Shown here in pieces: positions 40,531 to 52,970 of a stretch of DNA of 61,462 nucleotides. The stretch is from Nitrosomonas sp. (lineage in GTDB: Bacteria > Pseudomonadota > Gammaproteobacteria > Burkholderiales > Nitrosomonadaceae). Every line of letters begins with the position of its first letter. Within the stretch, counting starts at the first letter, position 1. Below the pieces are notes generated by a model. That model was given only the letters and a program-made list of their open reading frames with translations. It was not told where the DNA came from and did no database searches. The stretch spans positions 1 to 61,462 of the forward strand of contig JAJFJL010000102.1 in the NCBI GenBank assembly GCA_021774055.1. Reading direction: 5' to 3'. The position numbers and the translations under genes are program-made.

Positions 40531-41130
40531 ATGAAAAAAACAAACTTTATCAAATATGGACTTTTTGTATTAGTTTTATCTGGTATGGGTTGTGCCAGTA
40601 ATCAAGGCGGAAGCGGAGATAATGTAATTGGTTCGGTTAGTAGTGGACTTGCGTCTGTTGAACACGCAGCACAAACTGGTGGACAGATGCTGGATTCTGG
40701 AACTGCTGTTGCAAATGCTGCAAGTAATGTTGATGGTACTGATTTAACTAATATTCTAACTAGCCAATTAGGTGTTTCCCAACAACAGGCATTAGGTGGT
40801 GCTGGTGCAATTTTTCAAGCTGCCCAAGCAGGTATGACACCAGAATCATTTGCGACATTATCCCAAACAGTTCCAGGTATAAATAATATGTTGAACGCAG
40901 CCCCCGTGGTTTCTGGTGCAGCTTCAGATTTGACAGAAGGTCTCTCTGCAATGATGGGTGATAGCAATAATACATTGGGAGGAGCTGCTTCATTAATAAC
41001 TTCGTTTCAGCAATTAGATCTTTCACCTGAAATGCTTGGTCAGTTTATTCCAGTTGTTACTAATTATGTGCAAGATACCAGCGGTCAATTGACCGCCAAT
41101 CTACTGCAATCAGTTTTGCCAATGCCATAA
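40531..41130 (+). CDS. DUF2780-family lipoprotein
   Basis: Lipobox-like GMGC and LTSQLGVSQQQALGGAGAIF motif. Confidence 0.8.
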   Translation: MKKTNFIKYGLFVLVLSGMGCASNQGGSGDNVIGSVSSGLASVEHAAQTGGQMLDSGTAVANAASNVDGTDLTNILTSQLGVSQQQALGGAGAIFQAAQAGMTPESFATLSQTVPGINNMLNAAPVVSGAASDLTEGLSAMMGDSNNTLGGAASLITSFQQLDLSPEMLGQFIPVVTNYVQDTSGQLTANLLQSVLPMP

Positions 41131-41154
41131 CATCCTAAATTAACGAAAGTAATC

Positions 41155-41212
41155 ACGCATGAAATATAGTGTATTGTGTAACATAAATACATTATATTTC
41201 ATGCGTTTTTTT
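41155..41212 (+). terminator. Long hairpin with T-tract after the DUF2780 gene
   Basis: ACGCATGAAATATAGTGTATT...AATACATTATATTTCATGCGT followed by a T run. Confidence 0.65.
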
Positions 41213-41260
41213 ATGCTTGTTTAATATTTTTACCTTCGCTTCAAGTAAATTCAATTATTT

Positions 41261-44200
41261 ATGAATAAAGAACTTATTGCTCAGTTTGATCAACTTCTTC
41301 CATACGAACAAGATATATTGTTTGCATTGTCTATTTGCTACGCACCAATTAACCAAACCGAATTTAAGAAACTTCTAAAAAAATCTAATTACTTTTCAGG
41401 CCAAAGCTGCAACATGATTGGCAAGTCGCTACGCGACAGGCTAGCTAGTCTAAGGTTAATTATAGTAAACAATAATACTACCTGGAGATGTTCTGATGAA
41501 ATTTCAGAATATCTGATAAGAAAAGCTGCTAGTAAGTCAATATTTTTCAATAAGATTGTTGCCGCTGCAGAGCATATTGTAGAAAGATTTAGTTACAATC
41601 AAAGTCATCTTGAAGAAATTAGGAAACTACGTATTTATTTATACCAACAAGATGAAACTAAATTTGCTGCACAGCTAAAAAGAATTAAGCAAGGACATAA
41701 TGAATATTTAATTGATATCCTGGAGAGGCTTTTTTTTAATTATTTTAATGCAGATTGGTTTAATACCCTGTCGGCTAACATCAGAATGTTGGTCTTGCAG
41801 GAATATCAACTGATGATGTACTTAGATGTTAAAGATTGTACCTTGCAATACCAATTAATGAATACCTGTTTCAACGAAACTAAAGAGCATACACCGGCGG
41901 TGACTCATCAATATATCAGGCTACGTTTGATTCGTGGTGATATACAAGGCTTAGATGCTATTTTACAAAATGATAACTCTGCAACTGCTTTTATATTACT
42001 TGGTATGTTGCGATTTATGCAAAATCGTAATGATGAATCTATTGAGGCCTTTAATATATGTATCAAACAAACAAAAAAAGAAACCCGGAAACGTAATATT
42101 GCCCTAAGTGGCTTAGGTGGATATTTTTATAAGCTGGCGTTATTACGCAGTAGGACTGACGCTGATTTACTTCACCTTAGGGAGCAGTTAGAGCTTGGTT
42201 GTAAAGGAGTTATGTCGCAGAATTATTTTGGACTAGCTGAAGAAAGATTGCTAATAGGGTTAGATGTTTATCAAGCAAAAATTAAGGTGAAAGATTTATT
42301 TGCGACTTCGCTGTTTAAATACCGTAGTTTTGTTTATGACCAATTATTTTTTGTATTGTTACTTTATTGGCTAGATGAAATAGATAAATTTTTGAAGAAA
42401 AACATTTCAGTTGTACAAAATTTAAATTCATTTTGCAAAGAAGCTGATAGAAATGGCTATACCTGGTTTGCCGCAGTTAGTTCAAATTTACTAGAAAAAT
42501 CAAACGCGGCTAATCAAACAACCAAAGAAATTGCTAAAAAACATATAAAATCTGAGTTTAACGCCATTATTGATTTGTTACCGCGTATTGCACCTTGGGA
42601 ACGTGCATTAGAAGCATTAACTCGTTTAGGCGATAGTGATTCATCAGGAGCTGGGCTATCAGAAAAAAGTGACCAACTACGTATGATTTGGACCGTTTCT
42701 TTAAATGATGAAAGTGTTGAATTAAGCGCTAGAGAACAAAGAATGGGGAAAAATGGTCGTTGGACCAAAGGTCGCCCAGTATCAGCAAAACGTTTATATG
42801 AAAATATAAAAGACTTCGATTATTTAACCGAACAAGATCGCCTTATTTGCAGCTATATCAAAAGAGATCGTGAAACTAGCTACTATGGTTTTGGCAAAGA
42901 GAGTTATTACTTAACTGAGCATGCAGCTATTGAAGCCGTTGGTCACCCTAATATCTACTGGAGTGATGCGGCTAGCTTTGATACGCCAGTTAATATTTCG
43001 ACAGCAAGTTTACAATTATTAGTTTCAGAAAAGAAAGCTAAATTATTGATTGCTCTATCCCCCTTTCCACAAGAGTATGACGAATATATTTTTGAAAGAA
43101 CGGCCAGTAATGACATTATAGCTTATAAGGTTGATCCTCAACATCATCAGGTTGCTGATATTCTGGGTGAGAAAGGACTTTTAGTACCTAAAAAAGCTAA
43201 ACAACAAGTGATTGATTCTATTTCATCTATTGCTTCAATGTTAACCGTGCAATCAGATGTTGGTGGTCAATCCAGTCATGCAGAAACAGTCACCGCTGAT
43301 CCTCGATTACATATTCATTTACAACCGCTTAGTGAAGGTATTCAGGTTGATATTTTTGTGCAACCGTTTGCTCAAGGTGGGCCGGTATACAAACCAGCTA
43401 AAGGTGGTGCGACAGTATTAGCTGAAATTGATAATAAACCGTTACAAACAACCCGTGATTTTGCTCAGGAAAAGAAATATCTAGATCAAGTTTTAGAAAG
43501 TTGCCCGGGACTATATCACTCTATTGATGCCAAGTGGCAACTAGACGACGCAGAAATGGCGCTAGAAGTATTGTTGCAATTACAAGAACTAGATGATTTT
43601 GCAGTGTTGGAATGGCCTAAAGGTAAGGCGATTAAAATTAGTCGAGAGACCGGTTTTTCCCAGGTGCAGTTTTCTGTGCGTAAAGAAAAAGATTGGTTTA
43701 GCCTTTCTGGAGAAATTCAAGTTGATGATGGCCAAGTGATGGAGATGCAAAACCTGATGGGCTTATTAGCAGCAAGCCCGGGGCGTTTCTTAAAACTTGA
43801 AGATGGACAAATTATCGCGCTAACACATGAGCTACGACAACGTTTTGATGATTTGTCCGGTTTAGGTGAAGCAAATGGTAAAAATTTAAGGTTTCATCCA
43901 TTGGCGGCACAAGCACTGGATGATGTTACCGATGGCATGGCCGTTAAAGCCAGCAAGCATTGGAAAGCGCAATTAAAAAAGCTTGCTGAAATGACAGAAC
44001 TAGATCCCCAGTTACCAACTACTCTACAGGGTGATCTACGTGATTATCAATTACAAGGCTATCAATGGCTAGCAAGGATTGCACACCTGGGAGCTGGAGC
44101 TTGTTTAGCCGACGACATGGGATTAGGTAAAACTGTTCAAGCACTAGCCTTGATTTTATCTAGAGCACCTGAAGGTCCAACACTTATCCTGGCACCTACT

Positions 44201-45421
44201 TCTGTTTGTAACAATTGGTTAGAAGAAACACAGCGTTTTGCCCCCACACTTAAAGCTCGTTATTTTGGTATTGGTGATCGGCAACAGCAAATTGATGATG
44301 CCGGGCCATTCGATTTGGTCGTATGCAGTTACGGATTATTACAAACTGAATCTGAAAAACTTATAGCAAAGCAGTGGCACACTATTGTTGCAGATGAAGC
44401 GCAAGCAATAAAAAATACCCTCACAAAACGCTCCAAAGCAGCTATGGGTTTACAAGGTGATTTTAAAATAATCACTACCGGAACTCCGATAGAAAATCAC
44501 TTGGGTGAATTATGGAATTTATTTAATTTCATTAACCCTGGCTTACTTGGTTCATTAAAAAAATTTAATGAACGTTATGCACAAAAAATTGAAAATCAGA
44601 AAGATAAAACTACTCAGAAACAGCTTAAGAAATTACTCCAACCTTTTATCTTAAGACGATTAAAAAATGATGTGTTAACCGAATTACCCCCACGTACAGA
44701 AGTTACCCTGCATATTGATCTTAGTGCAGAAGAACGCACCTTATACGAAGCTTTGCGGCGCAATGCGATGCAGACTATTGCTGAATCTAAAGAACAAGCC
44801 ACTCCCCCTGGACAACAGCAGTTAAAAGTACTTGCAGAAATCATGAAATTACGCCGTGCCTGCTGTCATCCCAAGCTGGTGTTAGCAGAAAGCGAGATCA
44901 GTAGTTCTAAATTACAAGCGTTTGAAGAATTGGTTGATGAACTGATATCGAATCATCATAAGGCCTTAGTATTTAGCCAATTTGTGTCACACTTAACTTT
45001 AATTCGGGAACTGTTAGATAAAAAAGGTATTAGCTACCAATATCTAGATGGTTCAACCCCCATGACTAAACGGAAAACTATTGTTAATGACTTTCAATCT
45101 GGCAAAGGTGATTTGTTTCTAATTAGTTTAAAAGCTGGAGGATCCGGTTTAAATTTAACTGCGGCTGACTATGTGGTGCACATGGACCCTTGGTGGAACC
45201 CAGCGGTAGAAGATCAAGCCTCAGACCGTGCCCACCGTATGGGACAGAAGCGCCCAGTAACTATTTACCGTTTAGTGGCAAAAGACACTATTGAAGACAA
45301 AATTGTCGACTTACATCGACATAAACGAGACTTAGCGAATAGTTTATTAGAGGGCGGGGAGGTCAGTGGCAAAATGTCGGTTAAGGATATGATGGGGTTG
45401 ATTGAGCAGATGGACAACTAA
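41261..45421 (+). CDS. SNF2-family (SF2) ATPase with a long N-terminal region
   Basis: LADDMGLGKT, DEAQ, TGTPIEN, LVFSQF, SLKAGGSGLNL, WWNPAVEDQA and RAHRMGQ motifs. Confidence 0.93.
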   Translation: MNKELIAQFDQLLPYEQDILFALSICYAPINQTEFKKLLKKSNYFSGQSCNMIGKSLRDRLASLRLIIVNNNTTWRCSDEISEYLIRKAASKSIFFNKIVAAAEHIVERFSYNQSHLEEIRKLRIYLYQQDETKFAAQLKRIKQGHNEYLIDILERLFFNYFNADWFNTLSANIRMLVLQEYQLMMYLDVKDCTLQYQLMNTCFNETKEHTPAVTHQYIRLRLIRGDIQGLDAILQNDNSATAFILLGMLRFMQNRNDESIEAFNICIKQTKKETRKRNIALSGLGGYFYKLALLRSRTDADLLHLREQLELGCKGVMSQNYFGLAEERLLIGLDVYQAKIKVKDLFATSLFKYRSFVYDQLFFVLLLYWLDEIDKFLKKNISVVQNLNSFCKEADRNGYTWFAAVSSNLLEKSNAANQTTKEIAKKHIKSEFNAIIDLLPRIAPWERALEALTRLGDSDSSGAGLSEKSDQLRMIWTVSLNDESVELSAREQRMGKNGRWTKGRPVSAKRLYENIKDFDYLTEQDRLICSYIKRDRETSYYGFGKESYYLTEHAAIEAVGHPNIYWSDAASFDTPVNISTASLQLLVSEKKAKLLIALSPFPQEYDEYIFERTASNDIIAYKVDPQHHQVADILGEKGLLVPKKAKQQVIDSISSIASMLTVQSDVGGQSSHAETVTADPRLHIHLQPLSEGIQVDIFVQPFAQGGPVYKPAKGGATVLAEIDNKPLQTTRDFAQEKKYLDQVLESCPGLYHSIDAKWQLDDAEMALEVLLQLQELDDFAVLEWPKGKAIKISRETGFSQVQFSVRKEKDWFSLSGEIQVDDGQVMEMQNLMGLLAASPGRFLKLEDGQIIALTHELRQRFDDLSGLGEANGKNLRFHPLAAQALDDVTDGMAVKASKHWKAQLKKLAEMTELDPQLPTTLQGDLRDYQLQGYQWLARIAHLGAGACLADDMGLGKTVQALALILSRAPEGPTLILAPTSVCNNWLEETQRFAPTLKARYFGIGDRQQQIDDAGPFDLVVCSYGLLQTESEKLIAKQWHTIVADEAQAIKNTLTKRSKAAMGLQGDFKIITTGTPIENHLGELWNLFNFINPGLLGSLKKFNERYAQKIENQKDKTTQKQLKKLLQPFILRRLKNDVLTELPPRTEVTLHIDLSAEERTLYEALRRNAMQTIAESKEQATPPGQQQLKVLAEIMKLRRACCHPKLVLAESEISSSKLQAFEELVDELISNHHKALVFSQFVSHLTLIRELLDKKGISYQYLDGSTPMTKRKTIVNDFQSGKGDLFLISLKAGGSGLNLTAADYVVHMDPWWNPAVEDQASDRAHRMGQKRPVTIYRLVAKDTIEDKIVDLHRHKRDLANSLLEGGEVSGKMSVKDMMGLIEQMDN

Positions 45422-45449
45422 ATTTAGATCAGTTCCAAAATAATAATAT

Positions 45450-45533
45450 TTAGGAACGTGCATGGAATGCACCCTACTTGTAATTTTTTGATATCAAAAG
45501 TGTAAATTACTTTTGTATAGATATGAAAGATGA
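45450..45533. repeat. Family G repeat with half of a REP doublet
   Basis: TAGGAACGTGCATGGAATGCACCCTAC...GATATCAAAAGTGTAAA...ATATGAAAGATG. Confidence 0.7.
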
Positions 45534-45624
45534 TAAAAAATCTTAAACAACTAGCATATAGACACAAGATCTTGTGTTATATCTAGGTATAATCACTAAT
45601 ACTAAGTTTAAGTCTAAGATCTAT

Positions 45625-48003
45625 ATGAAGCTAATTAACAAACCAACTACTAAAAAATCAAATATAACTCCATTGATAGCTCCGCTATCACCATTGCTTG
45701 GTAAATTAATACGTGAATCTAGCTGGCTAGTGCTGGTTGGTGTGGCTCTTTACCTTGTGCTAGTATTTGCAAGTTATGACCGTATTGATCCGGGATGGTC
45801 GCATAGCGAGGATATTGGGCAACTACAAAATGCTGGTGGCTATGTAGGGGCATGGCTGGCTGATTTTCTATTGTATTTATTTGGTATTTCCGCCTGGTGG
45901 TGGGTAATATTCTTTCTTTATGCGGTATCTTGGAGTTATCATCAAATTGATATTGTAGGAATATTTGACCGACGCTCATTTATTATTTCTGGCGCTGGTT
46001 TTTTAACTTTACTAATGGCTAGCAGTGGACTTGAGGCACTACGATTTTATAGTCTAGATCTGGCTCTACCACAAATGCCTGGAGGAATATTAGGTGGGGC
46101 TATTAGTGCTTATCTCTCACAGATACTTGGTTTTTTAGGTGCAACCTTAATTCTGTTAATACTGATGGCTATTGGTTTTAGTCATTTCACAGGTTTATTG
46201 TGGGTTCGTATTATTGAAAAAATTGGCACCGTTATTGAAAACTACTTCTTATTGATTAAACCAGTTTTACAAAAACAACAAGTACAGAAACAACAAAAAC
46301 AAGAGCAACAGAAACAACAGGAGCCGCAAACAGAGTCAACATTTACTACACCTAGCCAAGATTATGAAAAACCAGTAGATGACAACTATAAAGAAAGTGA
46401 TCTGGAAACAAGTTCTTCGCTACATATTGAACCTCCCGTTACAATTATTCAAAAGTCAGCTGTTAGCGATAAAGAAAAGCAAACCCCTTTGTTTTCAGAT
46501 CTACCGCTACCACCATTGCCACCTATAGATCTATTAGATGAAGCACAAAAAAATATAGCCACTTTATCTAAAGATAAACTTGCGCTAACTTCTCGTTTAA
46601 TTGAACGTAAATTAAAAGAGTTTGGCGTGTCTGTTAAGGTAGTAGCAGCTTATCCTGGGCCGGTTATTACCCGTTATGAAATCGAACCAGCAGTTGGTGT
46701 TAAAGGCAATCAAATCCTTAATTTGGTTAAAGATTTAGCACGCGCATTATCAGTTGCGAGTATTCGAGTAGTAGAAACAATTCCAGGCAAAGTTTATATG
46801 GGATTAGAGCTACCTAATCCAAAACGACAAATAGTACGACTATCAGAAATTATCGGCGCTCAAAATTATGTTGATGCTAGCTCACCATTGACGATTGCAT
46901 TAGGAAAAGATATCAGCGGTCGTCCGGTAGTTTCTGATTTAGGTAAAATGCCGCACGCATTAATAGCAGGTACTACTGGATCAGGAAAGTCAGTAGCTAT
47001 CAATGCCACTATCCTAAGTCTTATATATAAGGCTACGCCAGAACAAGTACGCATGATCTTGGTGGACCCAAAAATGTTGGAATTATCTGTCTATGAAGGA
47101 ATTCCACATTTGTTAACACCAGTAGTAACCGATATGCGTGAAGCCGCCAACGCTTTACGTTGGTGTGTAGCAGAAATGGAGCGACGCTATAAGTTAATGT
47201 CTGCGCTAGGAGTTAGAAATCTAGCTGGTTACAATCAAAAAATTCGTGATGCTCTTAAACAAGAACAACCAATCGCTAATCCATTTTGCCAACCTGAAGA
47301 AACTGAACCTGATTTTCTGGAAGAAATGCCATTGATTGTGGTAGTTATTGACGAACTGGCAGATATGATGATGGTGGTCGGTAAAAAAGTTGAACATCTA
47401 ATTGCCAGGCTGGCGCAAAAAGCACGTGCAGCAGGAATTCATTTGTTACTTGCGACACAACGCCCATCTGTAGATGTGATCACTGGTTTAATCAAAGCTA
47501 ACATCCCAACCAGAATTGCTTTTCAGGTATCCAGTAAAATTGATTCCCGTACCATTCTTGATCAAATGGGCGCAGAATCATTACTAGGTCAAGGCGATAT
47601 GCTTTATTTGCCACCTGGCAGTGGTTATCCACAACGGATACATGGTGCTTTTGTTGATGACCATGAAGTCCATAAAGTAGTGAAATACCTCAAGGAACAT
47701 GGCGAACCACGTTATATCGAAGAAATACTTAGCACTGAAGAAGAAAGCGGAAGTGCTAGTTCAAGTGAAACAGCTGGTAAGAATAAACCCGCAGAAGGTG
47801 AAAGAGATAAGCTATATGATGAAGCTGTTGCGATTGTGATTAAATCTCGCCGCGCTTCCATCTCGCTAGTACAACGTAATTTACGAATCGGCTATAATCG
47901 TGCCGCACGTCTAATTGAAGATATGGAAAATGCTGGGTTAGTTTCACCTATGCAGAGTAATGGTAGTCGAGAAGTCTTGGCGCCACCCAGAAAAGAAGAG
48001 TAA
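45625..48003 (+). CDS. ftsK: DNA translocase FtsK
   Basis: N-terminal TM domain, [29 protein letters not shown] and gamma domain RIGYNRAAR. Start uncertain. Confidence 0.97.
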   Translation: MKLINKPTTKKSNITPLIAPLSPLLGKLIRESSWLVLVGVALYLVLVFASYDRIDPGWSHSEDIGQLQNAGGYVGAWLADFLLYLFGISAWWWVIFFLYAVSWSYHQIDIVGIFDRRSFIISGAGFLTLLMASSGLEALRFYSLDLALPQMPGGILGGAISAYLSQILGFLGATLILLILMAIGFSHFTGLLWVRIIEKIGTVIENYFLLIKPVLQKQQVQKQQKQEQQKQQEPQTESTFTTPSQDYEKPVDDNYKESDLETSSSLHIEPPVTIIQKSAVSDKEKQTPLFSDLPLPPLPPIDLLDEAQKNIATLSKDKLALTSRLIERKLKEFGVSVKVVAAYPGPVITRYEIEPAVGVKGNQILNLVKDLARALSVASIRVVETIPGKVYMGLELPNPKRQIVRLSEIIGAQNYVDASSPLTIALGKDISGRPVVSDLGKMPHALIAGTTGSGKSVAINATILSLIYKATPEQVRMILVDPKMLELSVYEGIPHLLTPVVTDMREAANALRWCVAEMERRYKLMSALGVRNLAGYNQKIRDALKQEQPIANPFCQPEETEPDFLEEMPLIVVVIDELADMMMVVGKKVEHLIARLAQKARAAGIHLLLATQRPSVDVITGLIKANIPTRIAFQVSSKIDSRTILDQMGAESLLGQGDMLYLPPGSGYPQRIHGAFVDDHEVHKVVKYLKEHGEPRYIEEILSTEEESGSASSSETAGKNKPAEGERDKLYDEAVAIVIKSRRASISLVQRNLRIGYNRAARLIEDMENAGLVSPMQSNGSREVLAPPRKEE

Positions 48004-48036
48004 GGGAAATCGAAATTAATAGCCGTCCAATTGTAT

Positions 48037-48116
48037 CGTATGGTGCAATAACCGCAGGGCATTGCACCATAAATTACTACAATCGGTGCAATGCGCTACG
48101 CTTATTGACACCCTAC
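48037..48116. repeat. Inverted REP doublet (GTAG-type variant)
   Basis: CGTATGGTGCAATAACCGCAGGGCATTGCACC and CGGTGCAATGCGCTACGCTTATTGACACCCTAC. Confidence 0.7.
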
Positions 48117-48267
48117 AATTTTATGTTGAATTTAACGTATGTATGGCGTTATAAGTTTAGGAATATAGAAACTAATAATTAACTATTTTGATAAAATATA
48201 AATTAAATATCAAACTGTTATGTTTCTATCTCCCTAAATCATCCGTCACCGTAAATAAATACTTACC

Positions 48268-48930
48268 ATGATTACTAACTTTTTACACTCACTACTACCT
48301 GGCAGTATTAAGCGTCATTATTTATACGCTGTTTTTTTGTTACTTTGCCTACTTCCAGTCGGAGCACAAGCTACAGCAATTGATTATTTAGAAACTTTTA
48401 TTGCAGAAACACAGACTGTTCGTGCCGGTTTCTCACAAACGTTACTTGATCAAAATGCAAATCGGTTACAAGAATCAAGTGGCACTATGTTATTTGAACG
48501 CCCTAACAAGTTTCGTTGGACCTATGAAGAACCTTATCAACAATTAATTGTTGGTGACGGTGCTAACGTATGGTTTTATGATGAGGACCTGGACCAAGTT
48601 ACTGTACGCAAGCTTGACTTGGCGCTTGGTAGTAGTCCAGCAGCTTTATTAGCAGGTGACAGTGAAATAGAAGATAATTTCAAACTTGAGGAACTTGGCC
48701 AACAAAATCAACTTGAATGGTTGCAAGCTACACCTAAAACTTCAGATAGTGCTTTTGAATTTATTCAGCTAGGATTTTCTTTAGAAGGTGACTTAGAAGT
48801 AATGCTATTACGGGATAGTTTTGGTCAAACCACCCTGCTAGTTTTTTCTAAGCTAGATAAAAACCCAAGCCTACCTACTGATTCATTTGAATTTACACCG
48901 CCTGAGAGTGCGGACATTATCCGTGACTAG
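48268..48930 (+). CDS. lolA: Outer-membrane lipoprotein chaperone LolA
   Basis: RPNKFRWTY, QLIVGDG and SPAALL motifs; ftsK-lolA-rarA-serS synteny. Confidence 0.95.
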   Translation: MITNFLHSLLPGSIKRHYLYAVFLLLCLLPVGAQATAIDYLETFIAETQTVRAGFSQTLLDQNANRLQESSGTMLFERPNKFRWTYEEPYQQLIVGDGANVWFYDEDLDQVTVRKLDLALGSSPAALLAGDSEIEDNFKLEELGQQNQLEWLQATPKTSDSAFEFIQLGFSLEGDLEVMLLRDSFGQTTLLVFSKLDKNPSLPTDSFEFTPPESADIIRD

Positions 48931-50236
48931 TCTATTTGAAGAACAAAAACCAATAGCACCTCTGGCAGAGCAACTACGTCCGCAAAAACTTAGCATGGTT
49001 ATTGGCCAAACCCATTTATTGGGTGCTGGCAAACCATTGCGCCTTGCTTTTGAATCAGGTAAGCCACATTCAATGATTCTATGGGGGCCGCCAGGCACCG
49101 GAAAAACTACTTTGGCTCGTTTAATGGCGGTTGAATTTAATGCAGAATTTATTGCGTTATCTGCAGTATTATCTGGCGTTAAAGATATTCGTCAAGCTAT
49201 CGAACAAGCACAGCTAGCTTTACAACAATTTGATCGTCATACTATTTTATTTGTCGATGAAGTACACCGGTTTAATAAAGCACAGCAAGATGCATTTTTA
49301 CCCTATGTAGAACAAGGGTTAGTGACTTTTGTCGGTGCCACTACTGAAAACCCTTCCTTTGAAGTTAACCGTGCATTGTTATCACGTGCCCAGGTTTATA
49401 CCCTTACAGTTTTATCAGAAAATGAGTTGGAACAATTGTTTCTACGTGCAACAGCAGTTGCATTACCAACTATTAACTTTGCTGATGATGCCAGACAGTT
49501 ATTAATAGAGTTTGCTGATGGCGATGGGCGACGTTTACTTAATTTATTAGAACAAGTTAAGAATGCATCCGACACAGCAAATATCACCGCAATAAATATA
49601 AAATTTGTGCGTAACACATTAGTACGCGGCGCACATGGTTTTGATAAAGGTGGTGATGCTTTTTATGAACAAATCTCTGCCTTACATAAATCAATTCGCG
49701 GCTCTGCACCTGATGCCGCCTTGTATTGGATGTGCCGAATGCTTGATGCTGGAGCTGATCCACTTTATATTGGCCGACGCTTGGTGCGCACCGCCATAGA
49801 AGATATTGGCTTAGCAGATCCACGGGCGTTACGCTTGACACTAGATGCTTGTGAAACCTATGAGCGTTTAGGTAGTCCAGAGGGGGAATTAGCTTTAGCA
49901 CAAGCCACGCTATATCTTGCTTGTGCTGCCAAAAGTAATGCAGCTTATCAAGCTTACAACCAAACACGTGCATACATTAAACAAGACAAGTCACTACCCG
50001 TACCAAATCATTTACGTAATGCACCAACTAATCTAATGAAAGACCTAGGGCTTGGACATGGATATCGCTATGCACATGATTATCCTGAGGCTTATGTTGC
50101 AGATGAACAATATTTCCCTGATGAAATGCCTGCCATAAACTTTTATCAACCAACCATCCGTGGCTTAGAAAAAAAAATTCAAGAAAAACTTGCGCATTTA
50201 CGTGCGTTAGATGAACAAGTGAAAAATCAAACCTAA
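48923..50236 (+). CDS. rarA: Replication-associated recombination protein A
   Basis: PLAEQLRP, WGPPGTGKT, DEVHRFNKAQQD and SALHKSIRGS; GTG start at 48923. Confidence 0.96.
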   Translation: MTSLFEEQKPIAPLAEQLRPQKLSMVIGQTHLLGAGKPLRLAFESGKPHSMILWGPPGTGKTTLARLMAVEFNAEFIALSAVLSGVKDIRQAIEQAQLALQQFDRHTILFVDEVHRFNKAQQDAFLPYVEQGLVTFVGATTENPSFEVNRALLSRAQVYTLTVLSENELEQLFLRATAVALPTINFADDARQLLIEFADGDGRRLLNLLEQVKNASDTANITAINIKFVRNTLVRGAHGFDKGGDAFYEQISALHKSIRGSAPDAALYWMCRMLDAGADPLYIGRRLVRTAIEDIGLADPRALRLTLDACETYERLGSPEGELALAQATLYLACAAKSNAAYQAYNQTRAYIKQDKSLPVPNHLRNAPTNLMKDLGLGHGYRYAHDYPEAYVADEQYFPDEMPAINFYQPTIRGLEKKIQEKLAHLRALDEQVKNQT

Positions 50237-50262
50237 ACCATACGCTTTTAAGCGTCCCTTAG

Positions 50263-51600
<1,338 letters not shown>

Positions 51601-51759
51601 CCTTTACCACAAAAATATTTAAGTATCAATGGTCAAAATAATTGAGCCAGTTTTGGCCATTGACACCGAAACTATGACCGTGCGAAGTATAACTAAAAGC
51701 TAACAACAAGGCACTCGTTCGGACGCACAGCTTCAACATTATGCCTTGTTGCAACACAC

Positions 51760-51990
51760 AAGATCACTCTAGATAATCAATTAGAACGTTTAGATCACTT
51801 AGGCATAATATCTGGAGTTATAAAAGATCTGAAAATAGTTGAATTAATTAACGAAAAGTTAGGTTCTTATGAAGGTAAAACCTTATCTGCCGGCGAAACT
51901 GTAGCAGGCATGATTATCAATGGGCTAGGGTTTTCTAACAAACCATTGTCTTTAACTCACATTGAGCGGGTGTTATTTAAAGGCCTTTGA
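51760..51990 (+). pseudogene. N-terminal remnant of an IS1634-family (DUF4277) transposase
   Basis: ERLDHLGIISGVIKDLKIVELINEKLG...SAGETVAGMIINGLGFSNKPLSLT, then the frame ends. Confidence 0.8.
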
Positions 51991-52147
51991 TTTAATTAAT
52001 CTTAAGTATCAATGTATTGCAAGGACATTTAATTATTTCAAACGGTTACATTTTTTATATTTAAATACATTGCGTTATAGCAAGTAAAAAATATGCTGAT
52101 TTTTTGAATATTACTCATTTAGAGGAATTTTACTTGATAATCAGCAC

Positions 52148-52177
52148 CGTAGGTTGGGGAGAGGAACGAACCCCAAC
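52148..52177 (+). repeat. GTAG-type REP element
   Basis: CGTAGGTTGGGGAGAGGAACGAACCCCAAC. Confidence 0.7.
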
Positions 52178-52214
52178 AGTAAAGTCAAGCTGGCTGCCCC
52201 CCCCTTGATCTATG

Positions 52215-52970
52215 TTATGTACGATCCTTAGCTTCCTTTTTAACTACTGCTTTTAATTGATTATTAAGTTGATCTATTAAAGATTTAGGAGCTGCACTTA
52301 TTTTGATCTGATTTGATTGCGTAATATCTTTATTCAATAACCGTAGCGATAAACGGCTAAGAGATTTATTTTTAATAAAATTAGATCGTAACAAGCCATT
52401 CTGATATAAATCAACAAATCCAATTTCACGATTACCACTATGGATATGTTGTTCTAAATAGCCTTCTTGCTTAAAACCTAAATGTAACGCATTCTTTTGC
52501 GCGTAGTTATTGTAACCGTAGACCAATGTAATTACTTTATTCAGTTTTACTTGATGAAATGCAAAATCTAACACTAATAAAGAAGCTTCTAAACTAAAAA
52601 GTCCTTTCCTGTGCTGGGTATCTAACATTCCTAATAAGAATTCCGCACGATGATGGTTTGGTTGATAGTCAGCCAGCGCAGCTAATCCGATGGGAGTATA
52701 TTGCTCTCCGGCAATTTTCAGTACCACCCACTCGATACGCTTTAGATCTTGAGGTAATTTTGTTTGCTCACTCTCCAAGCGATGCAATATTTCTTGCTTG
52801 GATAAAGCTCTATTCTGCGCCAGACGATACAAATCCATAAAGCTATCGTCTTGATAGCAATTATAAATAAATTCACTGTACTCTGGCGCAGAACGTACTA
52901 GGCGAACCCTAGATCCCTCTAGTGCTCGCAATCCAATTGGAGTGCAATCAAGATGATTTGCCGCCGTCAT
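52215..52970 (-). CDS. RimJ/RimL-type GNAT N-acyltransferase
   Basis: IGLAALADY...HRAEF, LDFAFHQVKLNKV and N..AQKNALHLGFKQEG. Likely start ATG 52970, overlapping the upstream gene end. Confidence 0.82.
   Translation of the reverse strand: MTAANHLDCTPIGLRALEGSRVRLVRSAPEYSEFIYNCYQDDSFMDLYRLAQNRALSKQEILHRLESEQTKLPQDLKRIEWVVLKIAGEQYTPIGLAALADYQPNHHRAEFLLGMLDTQHRKGLFSLEASLLVLDFAFHQVKLNKVITLVYGYNNYAQKNALHLGFKQEGYLEQHIHSGNREIGFVDLYQNGLLRSNFIKNKSLSRLSLRLLNKDITQSNQIKISAAPKSLIDQLNNQLKAVVKKEAKDRT

Noticed and set aside
46270-46325. Gln/Lys-rich microrepeat in ftsK
   Set aside because: Low-complexity linkers are typical of FtsK.
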